DNA of 64,000 nucleotides, from NCBI GenBank assembly GCA_965113315.1, contig OZ220363.1. One strand, given 5' to 3'. Positions within the stretch are counted from its first letter, which is position 1. Each line of letters begins with the position of its first letter. The translations under genes were made by a program, and so were the position numbers. Positions 48,254-60,994 of this stretch are shown here, one piece after another. This DNA is from Podarcis vaucheri. Taxonomy: Eukaryota. The notes beneath the pieces were generated by a model. The model was not told the DNA's origin and ran no database searches. It saw only the letters and a list, made by a program, of their open reading frames with translations.

Positions 48254-49112
48254 TGTTGAAGCACGTGAACGTAAGCAGGTACCCACTTGGCATTAATAAG
48301 GATCAGGCAGACTCAGCAAAGGTGAAGTTTATTGCCAGGCAATAAGGACCCAGTTTGGAATCTCTTCCAAAAGGAACTGGGACCCCGATTGACAGAAATC
48401 CAGAGGTCTTTATACCTGAGCAGATCACAGCAAATCATAGATCATGAGACAACCATGAGGCAGTCACGATATTGCCAGCGAAAATTAGCCAATTAGCAAG
48501 CTTCTTGCCATGCTTCCAGCTCCTGGTCAAGCACTGGTCAAGCACGGAGATCTAGTTCTGCTTTCCGTTGCTTGCAGTGACGCTCTGTCTAACCTCTCCC
48601 CTAGTTATGACAGGACAGGGAGTTTTGGAGATTTTGTGGTTTAGCTCTTCCGTTCCAGTGGACTAATTTAGCCTGTATCTGAGGGGATTTTGCACCAGTA
48701 TCTCTGATTCACGTCTTCCCCTTGTCCAGGGTACACGGATGTTTGTAGGGGAAAGGTCGGCTCCTAATTTTGCTGTTTCAAGCAGTATGCAGTTAGCTAA
48801 GGCACAGCTTCCCTTTGATTCAAAATGGATTATACAATACTGTAAGCCCTGATTATGTGTGAGCATATATGAATATATTGATTACTGATAACTGACTATA
48901 TGAATAGCATAAGGGTAGCCCTTCTTCCTTGCCTCACTGGGGCTCTGAGCAAGACTAACCAAGCGTCCATTGTTCGTTTTGTGGCCATTGTTGTTGTTTG
49001 CTAAAAAGAAATAATATGAATAAACCAAGCACAACATGAACAAGAATCCAAAAACAACCAGAAAGTATCATCCACATATACGCTGTCTATTGAAGTTAGG
49101 CAGGCCTCAACA
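48254..49112 (-). mobile_element. Retrovirus-like solo LTR (U3-R-U5 on the minus strand; U3 end at 49027 or 49112)
   Basis: Minus strand: inverted CCAAT at ~48490, TATAAAG 48414-48408, AATAAA 48333-48328, terminal TTCAACA at 48254. The 5' end is either TGTTGA at 49112 (inverted repeat, no TSD) or TG at 49027 (5-bp TSD AGCAC). Confidence 0.7.
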
Positions 49113-49414
49113 TTATACACATTTCATCAGATGCTAAAAACTCCTGTCTCTGTTCCCTAGAAGAATGGGTTGACTCACAGATTTCTTTGGGGGAACTGTG
49201 TTTAATTTGCATTATTTGTTCCGTTTGTATTGTTTTATATTGATACCATATTTGCTCAAGTTTAGTGGTCTAAACCACTAAAGAACGGCAAGTCCAGTCC
49301 TTAGGAGTCTGCATAGACCTGAGGCCAACGGATACAAGCCAGTGGTTTCACACAATGAACGTAAATATTAGCAGAGCATCAGCTAACATGTTTTATCATT
49401 TCTACATGAGTGCC

Positions 49415-49608
49415 CCAGCAGCTCAGTAGTTCAGTGGTAGAGCATCTGCTGTGCATGCAGAAGGTCCCTCTTAGGTTCAGTCCCCAACATCTCCAATTAA
49501 GACTGGGAGAGACCCCCATCTGAAACCCTGAGTTGCTGGTCAGTGTTGGTAACACTGAGCTAGATAGAATATGGTCTGACTTGGTATAAGGCAGCTTCTT
49601 GTGTTCCT
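49415..49608 (+). mobile_element. tRNA-derived squamate SINE (Squam-type)
   Basis: Same family as the copy at 33721. Confidence 0.85.
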
Positions 49609-52600
49609 GTGCGCAACCATTCTGGATTGTAATCATTATGTACATCCTCTTGGAACAACAGTAAAGTTTAGAAATACTAATTGATACATCATTATATCTC
49701 CTCCAATTCTTCATGACTTGGATCATATACAAACTGAAATTCAACCTTAAGATCTTTCTTCTTGTCTTTGCAATGCAAGATGCACCTTGTACCTGGGATA
49801 ATTTATATGAGTTGTGTATTCAATGAAATAGAATTATATTGTTCAAAGAAATAATTAAGGAGAAGCTGTAATTAATGTAGCCTTTATTACTTTCAAAGCA
49901 ACTCGCAAATCCAGCAACCAACTCATTTGACTGAGAACCGAACAGCATCTACAAAGTAAAACGCAAAGTAGGGTGAGATTGAAATGAATGGGGCTTACCC
50001 CCATATAAGTAGGATTAGGACTGCATCCTTACTCAGTGCTAGGCCAACACTGCATTTACATAGGAAATTGCCTTATAATGAGTCCAACAAGTGCAGAGAC
50101 AATGATCTGCCCACCTCGCTCTTGTCTGAATCAGCCCATCTAGGTGGGTTGTTTACATTGACTGGCAATGGCTTTCCCGGGTTTCAGGCAGGGGGGCGAG
50201 TTTTGATCATATGGATTTGCTGCTGGGATTCAATGTAACATCGTCAACCTATGACTTTCTTTAATATTTCACATGTGTCCATATCACAGGAAATCTGATT
50301 ATCAGAAATCTGCAGAATGAGTGACTGTTTATAGGTGTAGATTGTCATTGTCATGGGAGAGGGATTCTGAGGAATGAAAGAAAGAGGAAGAAAAGTGATT
50401 GTTCAACCACTTTGCAATGTCTTAATTATGCAATGAAAGCATATAGTTCTTAGTACCTAAATAAACTGGCAGAGAAATAATATTTTAATATTGGACAGTA
50501 AAAATACTGAAATAACTGGTCTCTATTTGCCATAGGGTGGGCATCCTTTTTTTTAACTTTCATACCCCTTTTCCTGGCCATATAGCTTAACATTATCCAC
50601 TGTGTGATTCAGCACAATTGTGCCATAAGCTTCTCCTACAAAGGCAAATGCTACTGACATGTTTCATGGTAAGGATCCACTTGGCTGAATCCTAAAATCC
50701 ATGAGGAATGCACCTCCATCAATTCCTGTTCTTCACTCCCAACAATCTCTTGAGACCCCCTCCAAAAATCTGTTCCGGAAGGTGTGGGAGACTTTTTGGA
50801 ACATCATGGCAGATGAAGCGAGAAGAATTGGCAACAACAACAAAAAATCTATCCAATTTCCTTAGTGGTAGGCTCTGATGGATTGCAGTCACCTCTATGA
50901 ACAGAAGGGCTCCTTCAATTTGTGGGGAAACTGTGGTGGATCTAACCCACTATATCAGTTATAAGGAACTTACAGCCCTTCAGTTGCTGCTGGACTGCAA
51001 CTCCCATCATGTCTGACCCTTGCCCAGGCTGATTGGCTGAGGTTGATAGGAGTGAAGATGTTGATAGGAGTTCAACAAGATGTGGATAGGCACCACTTCC
51101 TCCCCTCCCCCTTGCACTAAATGGTGCTCCTGTCTTATCTGTCAAAGCTTAACTATATAATTCAGGCTCTTTCCAGGTGCTAATTGTTTTAATTAACTGG
51201 GGGTTATAGTGCTAAATTGGTTTCATCAACAAGGTTCTTAGAGCTTAATTGGTTTCATTAACAAGATTTTATAGAGTTCTGTGACAAGGCTCTTACACAG
51301 TTTTGCTGCAAGATTTCTTCCAGACCAAAAGAAGAGTTGAAGGAAGGTGTCTAGAGGTGAGGTTGTCATTAAGGGAAACCATAGTTACCGCCTGAGGTTT
51401 CTGGCCTAAGTCCCCCAGTTCCTTTCCTTCTTGGACTTATCCCTATCCTTTAACTTTGTCTGTGGTTCATCGCCTCAGATCCTGTGATCCTGTGATCCTA
51501 TTGCAGGTTGTTCCCCCATGGTTTACATTTGCTTTCCAGTAGATAAAGCCTTCTCCTTTGATTCTTGGTAGATCTTTTTCTGAAATGGAGGGATAAAGAA
51601 AGTTCAAGTTTTTAAAAGCAGAGCTGAAGAATTTAAGAAAAGAGAGCTTGAAAGGGGGGGGGGACATATTTGCAATGTGCTTCAAGATTTACTCTTTATA
51701 AAGGGATTTAGATTTTACAGTAATAATGATCAGGGAACTGCCACTTCTGTGCTTCTGAAGGGAAAGCAATGAGACTGGATCAGACTCAAGGACTGAAGTA
51801 GACTGCTCTTAGGTTTAGTTAATTCCTCTCATTATCTTGAGAAGCAAAGAAATGACAAGTTCTGGACAATCACATCCACCCTCCCCACAAAAATCTGCTC
51901 TGGGATATGGATAGTATAACTTTTTCTACTTTTCAAGAGATGCTCAATGCATTAGGCTTCTATGCAAAATTCATGAATAGAAATGGTTTAAGAGTTGCAA
52001 GTCTGAGACGTTGGTCTGGATTGAGGATCATGAAGAGGAAGTGTAAGATTTCCCTAAAGCTAAAAGTAGGCATTGCACATTTTAAAAAAGATTTAAAAGA
52101 GAATATTCTGATTTTCTTTCTCTTTCTTTCTCTCTCTTTCTCAATGGGTGAGGGTGACATGAAAATGTATGATGTATGCACCTAGGTTTTACAAAAGGCA
52201 AGAGACCTGTTATATAATTCACCCCAAAACAAACCAATCTGAATTCCCATTGATTTCAGGGAATTAAACATGTTCAGCTCTCAAAGAGTACTCGACTGGC
52301 TGGATGATGCCCAATATTTGTAAAGCTATTTCCTATCTTTTACACCCAAAGAACTCCCACTACTCTATAAAGCCAATAAGAAATGTAAACTTAATCAGAA
52401 AACTGCAGATAAAGTGCTGAAAAGTGTTATGGGACAAAAGCAGTATTGTAATTGAAACATGTGTTTGACATGTATTTACATTGTAGGTGTGTCTATAAAT
52501 GTTAACAGAGACCCCCTTGGAACTCTTATCCCTTATCAATTTCCTTCAATAGCATTTATTGTAATAATTAAGGCACTGGACTGCTCAGCAATCCTCTGGC

Positions 52601-52904
52601 ATGTTTTCTGAATGGGAGATAATACGTGAGATATATACAACACACCATTCAAATGTTGCTGACTATACGAGAGATGGGTTTCATCTTCTATTTACTAATT
52701 GTAAGTTCAGCCAACTTTTCAGCTAAAGACTGACTTCCAAGTGACAAACAATTAATATACAATACAAAAAAAGACCATTTCAGATGTGTCCAGGCATAAT
52801 GGAAGGGTGCTTAAATACTGCAGTCCTGCCTCTGATGGCCTCACTGATGGCAGCTAGTAACTGAAGCAGGAGGACTGCTGCCGCCGCCCAGCAAGGACCA
52901 TCCT

Positions 52905-55655
52905 GCTGAGAGCTTGAGGGCCATGCTCCTGCCTCTCTCTACCTGGGCCAGCAAGGACTTTTTGAGTTTGTGTTCCTTGAGTTGGGCAATCAGGACAGAT
53001 TAGGGAGTCTGCTGGTTTACTGCCCGCCTTGCTACCCAGCAGTCTCCCTGCCTGAGCTGACAGAGCTGGTCTCAGAGGCGGTGTTGAGGACTCCCAGACT
53101 GCTGGTTCTGGAAGACTTCAATATCCATGCTGAGGCAGCTGGCTCTGGGGTGACTTAGGACTTCATGGCCACCATGACAACCATGGGGCTGTCCCAACAT
53201 GTCACCAGCCCAACACACATGGCAGGCCACACTCTGGATCTTGTCTTCTTGACTGGGCAGGAAGAGGGTGATTTGAAGGTGGGGGACATTGACATCAGTC
53301 CCTTGGCATGGTCAAATCATTTCCTGTTGAGATTTAGGCTGTCTGCAGAGATAGGGGGCCTATTAGATACGTCCACCCTCAGATGCTGATGGATCCAGTG
53401 GGATTCCAAACGGCTCTGGGGGGTTTTCTGGCTGAAATTAATGGTGTCCCTGTCAAAGCCCTGGCTGACCTCTGGAACCCCCAAATGGCTTGGGCTAGTG
53501 ATACAATCACCCCTGAGTGCCCTCTCCCACTTTGTGGAGTCCATTTGGCCCACTGGTATACTCCAGAGCTTTAGGGCAAGGAAACAAGGTGGGAGATGGC
53601 TTGAACACAAGTGGAGCAAAAATCATAATGAATGAAGCCGCACTGGTAAGAGCTCAATTATTGAGTCTACCTAGCAGCAGTGAAGGCAGCAAAGAAGACA
53701 TACTTTGCTGCCTCCATTGCATCCTCATTATGTCGTCTGGCAGAGCTTTTCTGGGTTGTAATGGGGTCTTTTACAGGCTGCTCCAAAAGAGGTAGTAGAC
53801 CCAAAGGTAGCTCAATGTGACTAGTTTGCAGCATTTTGAGGATAAAATTGATTGCATCCACTAAGAACTTGACTTTGCTGTTATAGCAGATGAATCTCAT
53901 GGGCTGTCCAGAGCACAGTCTAGTCCTGTTATCTTGGATGAATTTCAGTTGGTAAGGCTTCAGGATGTGGACAAGGTGCCCAGATTGGTCAGGGAGACCA
54001 CTTGCACTCTAGACCCTTGCCCCTCTTGGCTAATAAAAACCAGCAGGGAGGGAACAGCTGGTTGAGCCAGGGAAGTGATCAATGCCTCTTTAAGAGAGGG
54101 GGTGGTCCCTGCCTATTTGAAGGAGGCAGTGGTAAAACCTATCCTTAAGACACCTTCCCAGTTCAGAAAACCTAACTAACTACTGGTCAGTTGCCAATAT
54201 CCCTTTCCTAAGCAAAGTTCTGGAGTGAGTGGTTGCAGACCAGATCCAGGGCTTTTGGAAGAAACTGATTTGCTGGATCCATTTCAACTGGAGTTTAGGC
54301 CCGGTTTTGACACAGAAACTGCTTTTGTCACCCTGTATAATGACCTCTGTTGAGAGAGAGACAGGGGAAACATGTCCCTGTTAATTCTACTCAACTTCTC
54401 AGAGGCTTTCAGTACCATCGACCATTGTATCCTTCTGGACCAACTGTCCAAACTAGGGGTGAATGGCACTGCTTTGTGGTGGTTCCAGTCCTACTTGGAT
54501 GATCGTTCCCAGAATGTGTTGCTTGGGGAATGCTTTTCAGCCCTGTGGAACCTTCAATGTGGAGTTCCAGAGGGCTCAATCCTATCTCATATGTTGTTTA
54601 ACATCTACATGAAAATGCTGGGTGTTTTGGAGTACATTGCCAGCAGTATGCTGATGACACTCAGCTCTTTACATCTGCAGTTGAGGCAGTGGAAGTGCTG
54701 GACCAGTGTCTTGCCTCGGTAATGGACTGGATGAGAGCCAGCAAACTGATATTCAACCCAGATAAGACTGAAACACTGTTGGTGGGTGGTTCCCTAGACC
54801 GGATGCTAGAGAGATCACCTGCTCTTGATGGGGTTACACTTCCTCTGAAGGAGCAGGTTTGTAGCTTGGGGGTACTCCTGGATCCTTTGCTGTCACTCGA
54901 GGCTGAGATGGCCTCAGTGGCCCGGAGTGCCTTCCATCAGCTTCGGCTGGTGGCCCAGCAATCTGGACAGGGATAGCCTAATTACTGTTGTCTATGCTCT
55001 GGTAACCTCAAGGTTAGATTACTGCAATGTGTTATATGTAGGGCTGCCTCTACCTGGCCTCAGATTCAGAAACTTTAGCTAGTGTGGAATTCAGCGGTCA
55101 GGTTGCTCACCAGAGCAAGACGGTCTGAGTATATTACACCAATCCCGGTCAGACTGCACTGGCTACCAATTATTTCCAGACCCAATTCAAAGTGCTGCTT
55201 TTGACCTATAAAGCCTTAAACGGCTCAGGACTGTAATATCTCAAGGACCACCTCTTTCTACATGAACTTACCCAGACTCTGAGATCATCTTCTGAGCACC
55301 TTCTTTGTGTGTCTCCTCCTTGAGAGGTCCAGAGGGTGGCAACACGAGAATGGGCCTTCTCTTCAGTTGGCTCCCCATTTGTGGAATGCTCTCCCCAGGG
55401 AAGTTTGCCTGGCACCTTCATTATACACCTTTTGGCGCAAGGCAAAAACGTTCCTTTTTAAGCAGGCTTTGGGTTGATTGACATCCTATGCCCTTTTAAA
55501 ATCTGGTGGGGGGTTTTCTTGGGGGGGGGGGTTATTGGGTGGTGGTTGTTTTTATTTTGATTATGTATTTTGTGGTTTTATATTTTGATTTTATTCTGTG
55601 AACCGCCCTGAGACCTCCGGGTATTGGGTGGTATATAGATTCTAATAACAATAAT
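52905..55655 (+). mobile_element. Degraded L2 LINE (APE endonuclease + RT pseudogene)
   Basis: Frameshifted motifs LLVYCPP, EDFNIH, PTHMAGHTLDLV, AFSTIDH, GVPEGSILS and QYADDTQL (~54644); tail GTGAACCGCCCTGAG. Confidence 0.92.
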
Positions 55656-57111
55656 GAGAAGGAGGAGGAGGAAGAAGAAAAGGAGTCTGGCCACCCCCAG
55701 TTTGTAACAGTATAAAGAGCACTTTTCCTTCTTGTGGGGTGGAATGTTACGCTTCTATGGTTGATTCTTAGGAAGGTTAGAAACTTTTAGGATAGGTTCA
55801 TGTTAAAAGGTGCCTTTCCTGGCCACTACCAGTGCAATGTAGAATATTGTGTGCCAATAGCCTTTCATGAGAGGTTTATCTCATGTTAATATTGACAGAA
55901 AGGGCTGGTTTGAGTTGTTTGCCTTATCAACACACCTTTCTTGATAAAGCCCCAATGGTGGCTGTAAGTATTCCATTGTTTCCAACATCTTTGTAGAGAT
56001 GTGCATAGGCAGAATATTTTTTTGTGCTCTGGAAAGAAATAGAATGTGATGATTTCGTTTCAGTATGCCATAGCAGGAGCTTGGATCATGGGAGGTTTTG
56101 AAACCACTGTGGCCACCTGCTAGAGCCCTCTCTTTCCTTCTCTTCCTCTACACCTGGGAGAGAATGGGAAAAGGTAAATTTGCTTTTATGGTGTGGGTCT
56201 AGATGGTATGGAACACCTTTGTATGCTCATTCATTCACTCTGATTCACTAAAGCAAATGGGTGGGAAAGCCTTTCAGTGCTGACAATATTTGGTTTCAAT
56301 TCAATGCCTCTGAGAAGCTGATTCTCATAGAGTAGTACAAATCTGGAGTTATTTCTCTGACGCTAGTTGTCTTTAAGGGGGCGCGATGCAACATTTGCTG
56401 GAAAATACAGTGTTCCTATGTTTGGCCGGGGAGGGGGGGAGGGTCCCTAAGTGATGCTTTCTGAGATGTCTTGACATGTGTTTCTGATAAGCTCGTTTGA
56501 CAAGCTTATAGCAGTGGTGGGCAACCTCCAGCCCATAGGGCTAATTAGGTCTGGCATGCGTCCCAGTTTGGCCCATGAGGATGGCTGCTCCAAATCACAC
56601 CCATTTGCCCTACACCTGGTGTCATATGTGTTTGACAGGAGATTGAAAGGCCCTTACCATCCATCGAAGAGGTCCACTCCTGGTTTATGGAAACCACTTT
56701 GACAGTTATTCAGTATAGTACATAGAATCATAGAATCACAAACTTCCTATCAGCTTTCTCTTGTGTACAGGTGATTCTTGCAACTGAAGGCCTTGAAGTG
56801 TTGGCAGTATGGATTCTGCTTCCCATTTAAAAAGACTTACAGCACAATTCAACACAGACTTTCTTAGAAGTGCATTCCATGCAGTAGTGAGTATGGATAG
56901 GATTGCAGGCAAGAACCTTGCAAATCTTTAGATAAACTTCTGTCAGTGACCCAAGAGGAAACTGAATCTGAAGTAGTATTTCAAGATCGCAAATTTCATT
57001 CCATGAAGACCTCCCCACTCCCCATTATGCTTTTTAAACTGGCATATAGCATAGCTTTCGGGTTCAGTTAATAACCCAAAGATTGCCTCTTATTTTCAAA
57101 GACTTCCTTTA

Positions 57112-57456
57112 CAATGGTGCCTCGCAAGACGAAATTAATCCGTTCTGCGAGTATCTTCGTCTAGCGGTTTTTTCGTCTTGCGAAGCAACCCTATTAGCGG
57201 CTTAGCGGTTTAGCGCTATTAGCGGTTTAGTGGCTATTAAAGGCTTAGCGGCTTAGCTGCTAAAAGGCTATTAAAGGCTTAGCGGCTTAGAAAAAGGGGG
57301 GGAGCGGAAAAAAATCTCAAGACTCGCAAGACATTTTCGTCTTGCGAAGCAAGCCCATAGGGAAATTCATCCTGCGAAGCATATTGAAAAACAGAAAACC
57401 CTTTCGTCTAGTGGGTTTTCCGTCTTGCGAGGCATTCGTCTTGCGTGGCACCACTG
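57112..57456. mobile_element. Tc1/mariner (pogo/Tigger-like) MITE
   Basis: TIRs CAATGGTGCCTCGCAAGACGAA / TTCGTCTTGCGTGGCACCACTG, TA TSD, internal TAGCGGCT microrepeats. Confidence 0.9.
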
Positions 57457-57564
57457 TATTTGAAAAAACCTGCAAGCTCATGATTCACAAAGCCCCATAA
57501 ACAGTTTTAGTTCTCTTTGGTTTTGAAACATCGTCTTAGAGACATGTGTAGGAGGAAGGGACAT

Positions 57565-58078
57565 ACAACATAGAAAGCTGCCTTATACAGAATCAGACCA
57601 TGGTGCCACCTGGATCAAGACTGTCTACACTAACTGCCAGCATCTTTCCAGATCTCCAGACAGGGAGTCTCTTCCAACCAGGAGCGGAGGAAGGGGGGCA
57701 GTGGGGGTGTCTGCCCTGGGTGTCACCACTGAGGGGGGTGACAAAATGCCAGGCGGCACTCAGTGCACCCGAGCCATATGTCTCTCCTGGAAGTGACGTG
57801 GTGGCTTAGGCACTCTCAGGCTCTGTCCTGCCCCAAACGGTCCGCCCACCGCCTCCTCCTCAGCTGTATGGCAGCTGAGTGGGAGGCGGCAGACAGACTC
57901 CTCGGAGGCCCCACGGAGCATCCTGCCCTGGCTTGCCCTGCCCCACAGGTGGTTGGCCCTGCCCCCACGGGCATGCCACCCCAGGCACCCAATCAACTTG
58001 CTCCACCACTGCTTCCAACCATATCTGGAGATACCAGGAATTGAGCATGATACCTTCTACATGCAAAACAGATGCTAT
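57565..58078 (-). mobile_element. Squam-type tRNA SINE split by a hAT insertion
   Basis: SINE tail at 57565-57678 and head at 58012-58078. Confidence 0.75.
57679..58011. mobile_element. GC-rich non-autonomous hAT element
   Basis: Imperfect TIRs CAGGAGCGGAG / CTCCACCACTG; perfect 8-bp TSD CTTCCAAC at 57671 and 58012. Confidence 0.85.
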
Positions 58079-58149
58079 ATAAATTTCCTGAAGAATCTGT
58101 GTGTAAATGCGTGTGGAGAAACCTGAGCTTTGCAAGGAAATCCATGTGC

Positions 58150-58330
58150 TGGGAAGCTTACAATATTAAAACACAAAAATACACAACATAATAACAAACA
58201 AGACAATACCCCACCCCCACTGGTTTAAAAGGCCATCATTTGTTAAGTTAGCCAAATGCCTGGGAGAAGAGGAATGTTTTTGCCTGGCTCCTAAAGATAT
58301 ACAAGGAAGGCACCAGGTGGGCCTCCCTGA
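58150..58330 (-). mobile_element. L2 3' fragment
   Basis: Reverse complement resembles the 55380-55560 region of the long L2. Confidence 0.6.
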
Positions 58331-59840
58331 TGGGAAGTGGTCCTAAGATGCCACACTTAAGTAGATGGCTTGTCAGTTACATGATTCAAGGTACGCTGAC
58401 CACTGTGCTGTGGAAAATAAACTTGCAAATACTGAAAGATTAAGAGAAGGAATGCAGGGCTATATGGAATGTGGAAGATACTGGGCTTTTTAAAAAGAAA
58501 GAAAGAAAAGAACTTACAAACCAGATTGGTGGGATTCAATACTTATAACAAGTATTAAAGTGTGGCCAATGAATAATATGTGCACAATCTCTAGTGTTTG
58601 TCCAAGACCAAGATGCACTTAGGTGGAAGCTCTTTTCAGATGAACATGACTGCATGTCAAAGACATGAACACATTTAGGAATGAGAAGTAGGGCAGGAAT
58701 TGACAGGCTGGCCTCTCAGTTAAGAATATCGGTTACACCTTTTTCATGCCGCCCGCAGCTCCTTTAACTTGAATTAATCTTGGAGGAAGTTATCAATTAC
58801 TTCCTTTCCAGCAAAGAAGCTGGTAGAGAAATACTCTCACCGGCAGCTTCTGCAGTGTAATGAAAGTGTGACCAAGACCCCCCCCCCTGTGCTTCAGAAT
58901 TAGATAACTGTTGCCGGCATCTTTGCTTAGATTTTCAGAAGCACAGTATTTAAAGAAGTTGTGATTTATGTTGGCTCCCACCTAAGCAAACATAGCTAAT
59001 GAGAACATGGTTCTTGAGAAACCTGGTCAAAGCCCACACTGCAAAGGCATCAATAAATAAACGGAGCTAAGTGCATTCACTGCTGTTGTATAACCAGCAA
59101 CCACTGATTCACAATGCAAAATATGAACACAGGAGATTAGGAAGGGCAAACCCTAATAAAATCTTAAATACACAATCTGCTCTTGGCAATATCTGGAACA
59201 GGACCCAAGTGATCTGAGCAGTCTCTCATGTAATAATAATGGCGTGGGTTGAACTTCAACAGAGGGTGAGAGCCTGAACAGAGACGGCTATTGTCACACA
59301 GCCCACTTGAGCTACTGGAGGGCAAGTTATTTTCCGTTCTTGTTGTATCTTCAGAACAAGGCACGAAAGCTGCTAGCTGGGTTTCATGGTGTGAAAACAG
59401 TCCTTAATGAAATATTGTGTATTTGAGACAATGCTTGTGCTAGTTGGCATCAAAGAGTACTTTGTGCCTGTTCAGCCTGTGAAAAGAAACTTCTGCTAAG
59501 TGTGCTGAAATAGGTCAAGATAAGGATCTCCTTATGCTGTGTCCTGCATTTTCATTCCAAAACAACCATAAAGTATAAAAGCCTACACTTCATGGAAGTG
59601 CTATTTGAAAACAAGCCTTGCACAGGAATGTAGAAGAAACTTTCCTCAATGGGAATAAGTTGGGCAAGTCAGGAGAGAGTAGTTCATGTTTCACTCAGTC
59701 ACTTTGAGGGCTTAATTTAATTCACTGAATGCTTTACAGCCAAGGTGTCATGTGCATGCAATGTTTTGAAGCATGAACTGCCAACCTGTGGCCCAGGGGC
59801 CACACGTAGCATATATAGGCAGGGCTTATGGCAGCCGGAG

Positions 59841-60194
59841 GGATGCAGGTGGCGCTGTGGGTCAAACCACAGAGCCTAGGACTTGCCGATCAGAAGGTTG
59901 GCGGTTCGAATCTCTGCGGCGGGGTGAGCTCCCCTTGCTCGGTCCCAGCACCTGCCCACCTAGCAGTTCGAAAGCACGTCAAAGTACAAGTTGATAAATA
60001 GGTACCGCTCCGACGGGAAGGTAAACGGCGTTTCCGTGCGCTGCTCTGGTTCGCCAGAAGCAGCTTAGTCATGCTGGCCACATGACCCAGAAGCTGTACA
60101 CCTGCTCCCTCAGCCAATAAAGCGTGATGAGCGCCACAACCCCAGAGTCGGCCATGACTGGACCTAATGGTCAGGGGTCCCTTTACCTTTACCT
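59841..60194 (+). mobile_element. Sauria SINE, full length (subfamily B)
   Basis: TSD TTATGGCAGC(C/A)GGAG at 59826 and 60195; ACCTTT tail. Confidence 0.93.
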
Positions 60195-60994
60195 TTATGG
60201 CAGCAGGAGGAGGCGGACCTGTGCTCCTAGCTATGAGATACAATTGGACTTCTCCCATCTCTGTCTTTTATTGTAGCACGTGAAACCTTGCTTTCATAAG
60301 TCACCCACAGGTATTTGTTCTCCAAGTGTTCATGTCTCCTCTGCCCAGTGCATCTGCACTCTGTGGTGCATTGGTAAACTGGATTTCTATGTGTTGTGGC
60401 AGAACAGGAAGCTGGCTAGATGATCCCATGTTCTGCAACATAGAAACAAAGCTACTGTGATGCAAATTATTTCCATGAGCACAAACTGATGGGAGGCCAG
60501 CATATGCTACTGGACATGGGAAGCGCAATGTCTCACCACTTATTTCTTGTTGGTTGGAGATTGGATGCTTCCACAGTTGTGCTAATCCCTTTGAAAGGAG
60601 GATTTCTTCTGTACTAAATAAGTGGAACACAAAGGCAGCAAAGAACTCACAATGAGAAACAACATCCAGGAGAGATTCACATAGGGACAGTAAGTGGCCA
60701 TTAAAAAACATTTTTTAATAATAATAATTAAAAAACCCTCCTCTAAATTAAAAATCTAATTTCATTCAGGCACCTAAGTTAACAAATGAACATCACATTT
60801 TGCATCCCAAATGTTGGTGAGAACCTTTAAATTTGTTTGCAGGAAAGACTTCTAATCTAAACATCTCCAGATTTTTTGAATATTAAGTTCAATATTTTAC
60901 ATCAAAGGAAAAAGGCAAACATTTTATGTTTTCCTTTTCTTCTTCTGACATATAAAATGGAGATCATGTTAGTGTACACTCTGCAATTTTTGTG

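Noticed and set aside
10234-51275. Short local tandem duplications (~10236, 13206, 14385, 18883, 51215)
   Set aside because: Ordinary 14-32 bp slippage duplications with no shared sequence.
52970-55445. Cluster of short ORFs as host genes
   Set aside because: Frameshifted fragments of one L2 ORF2.
57190-57292. CRISPR-like or telomere-like TTAGCGG repeats
   Set aside because: Internal microrepeats of a TA-flanked MITE, with no spacers, in a vertebrate context.
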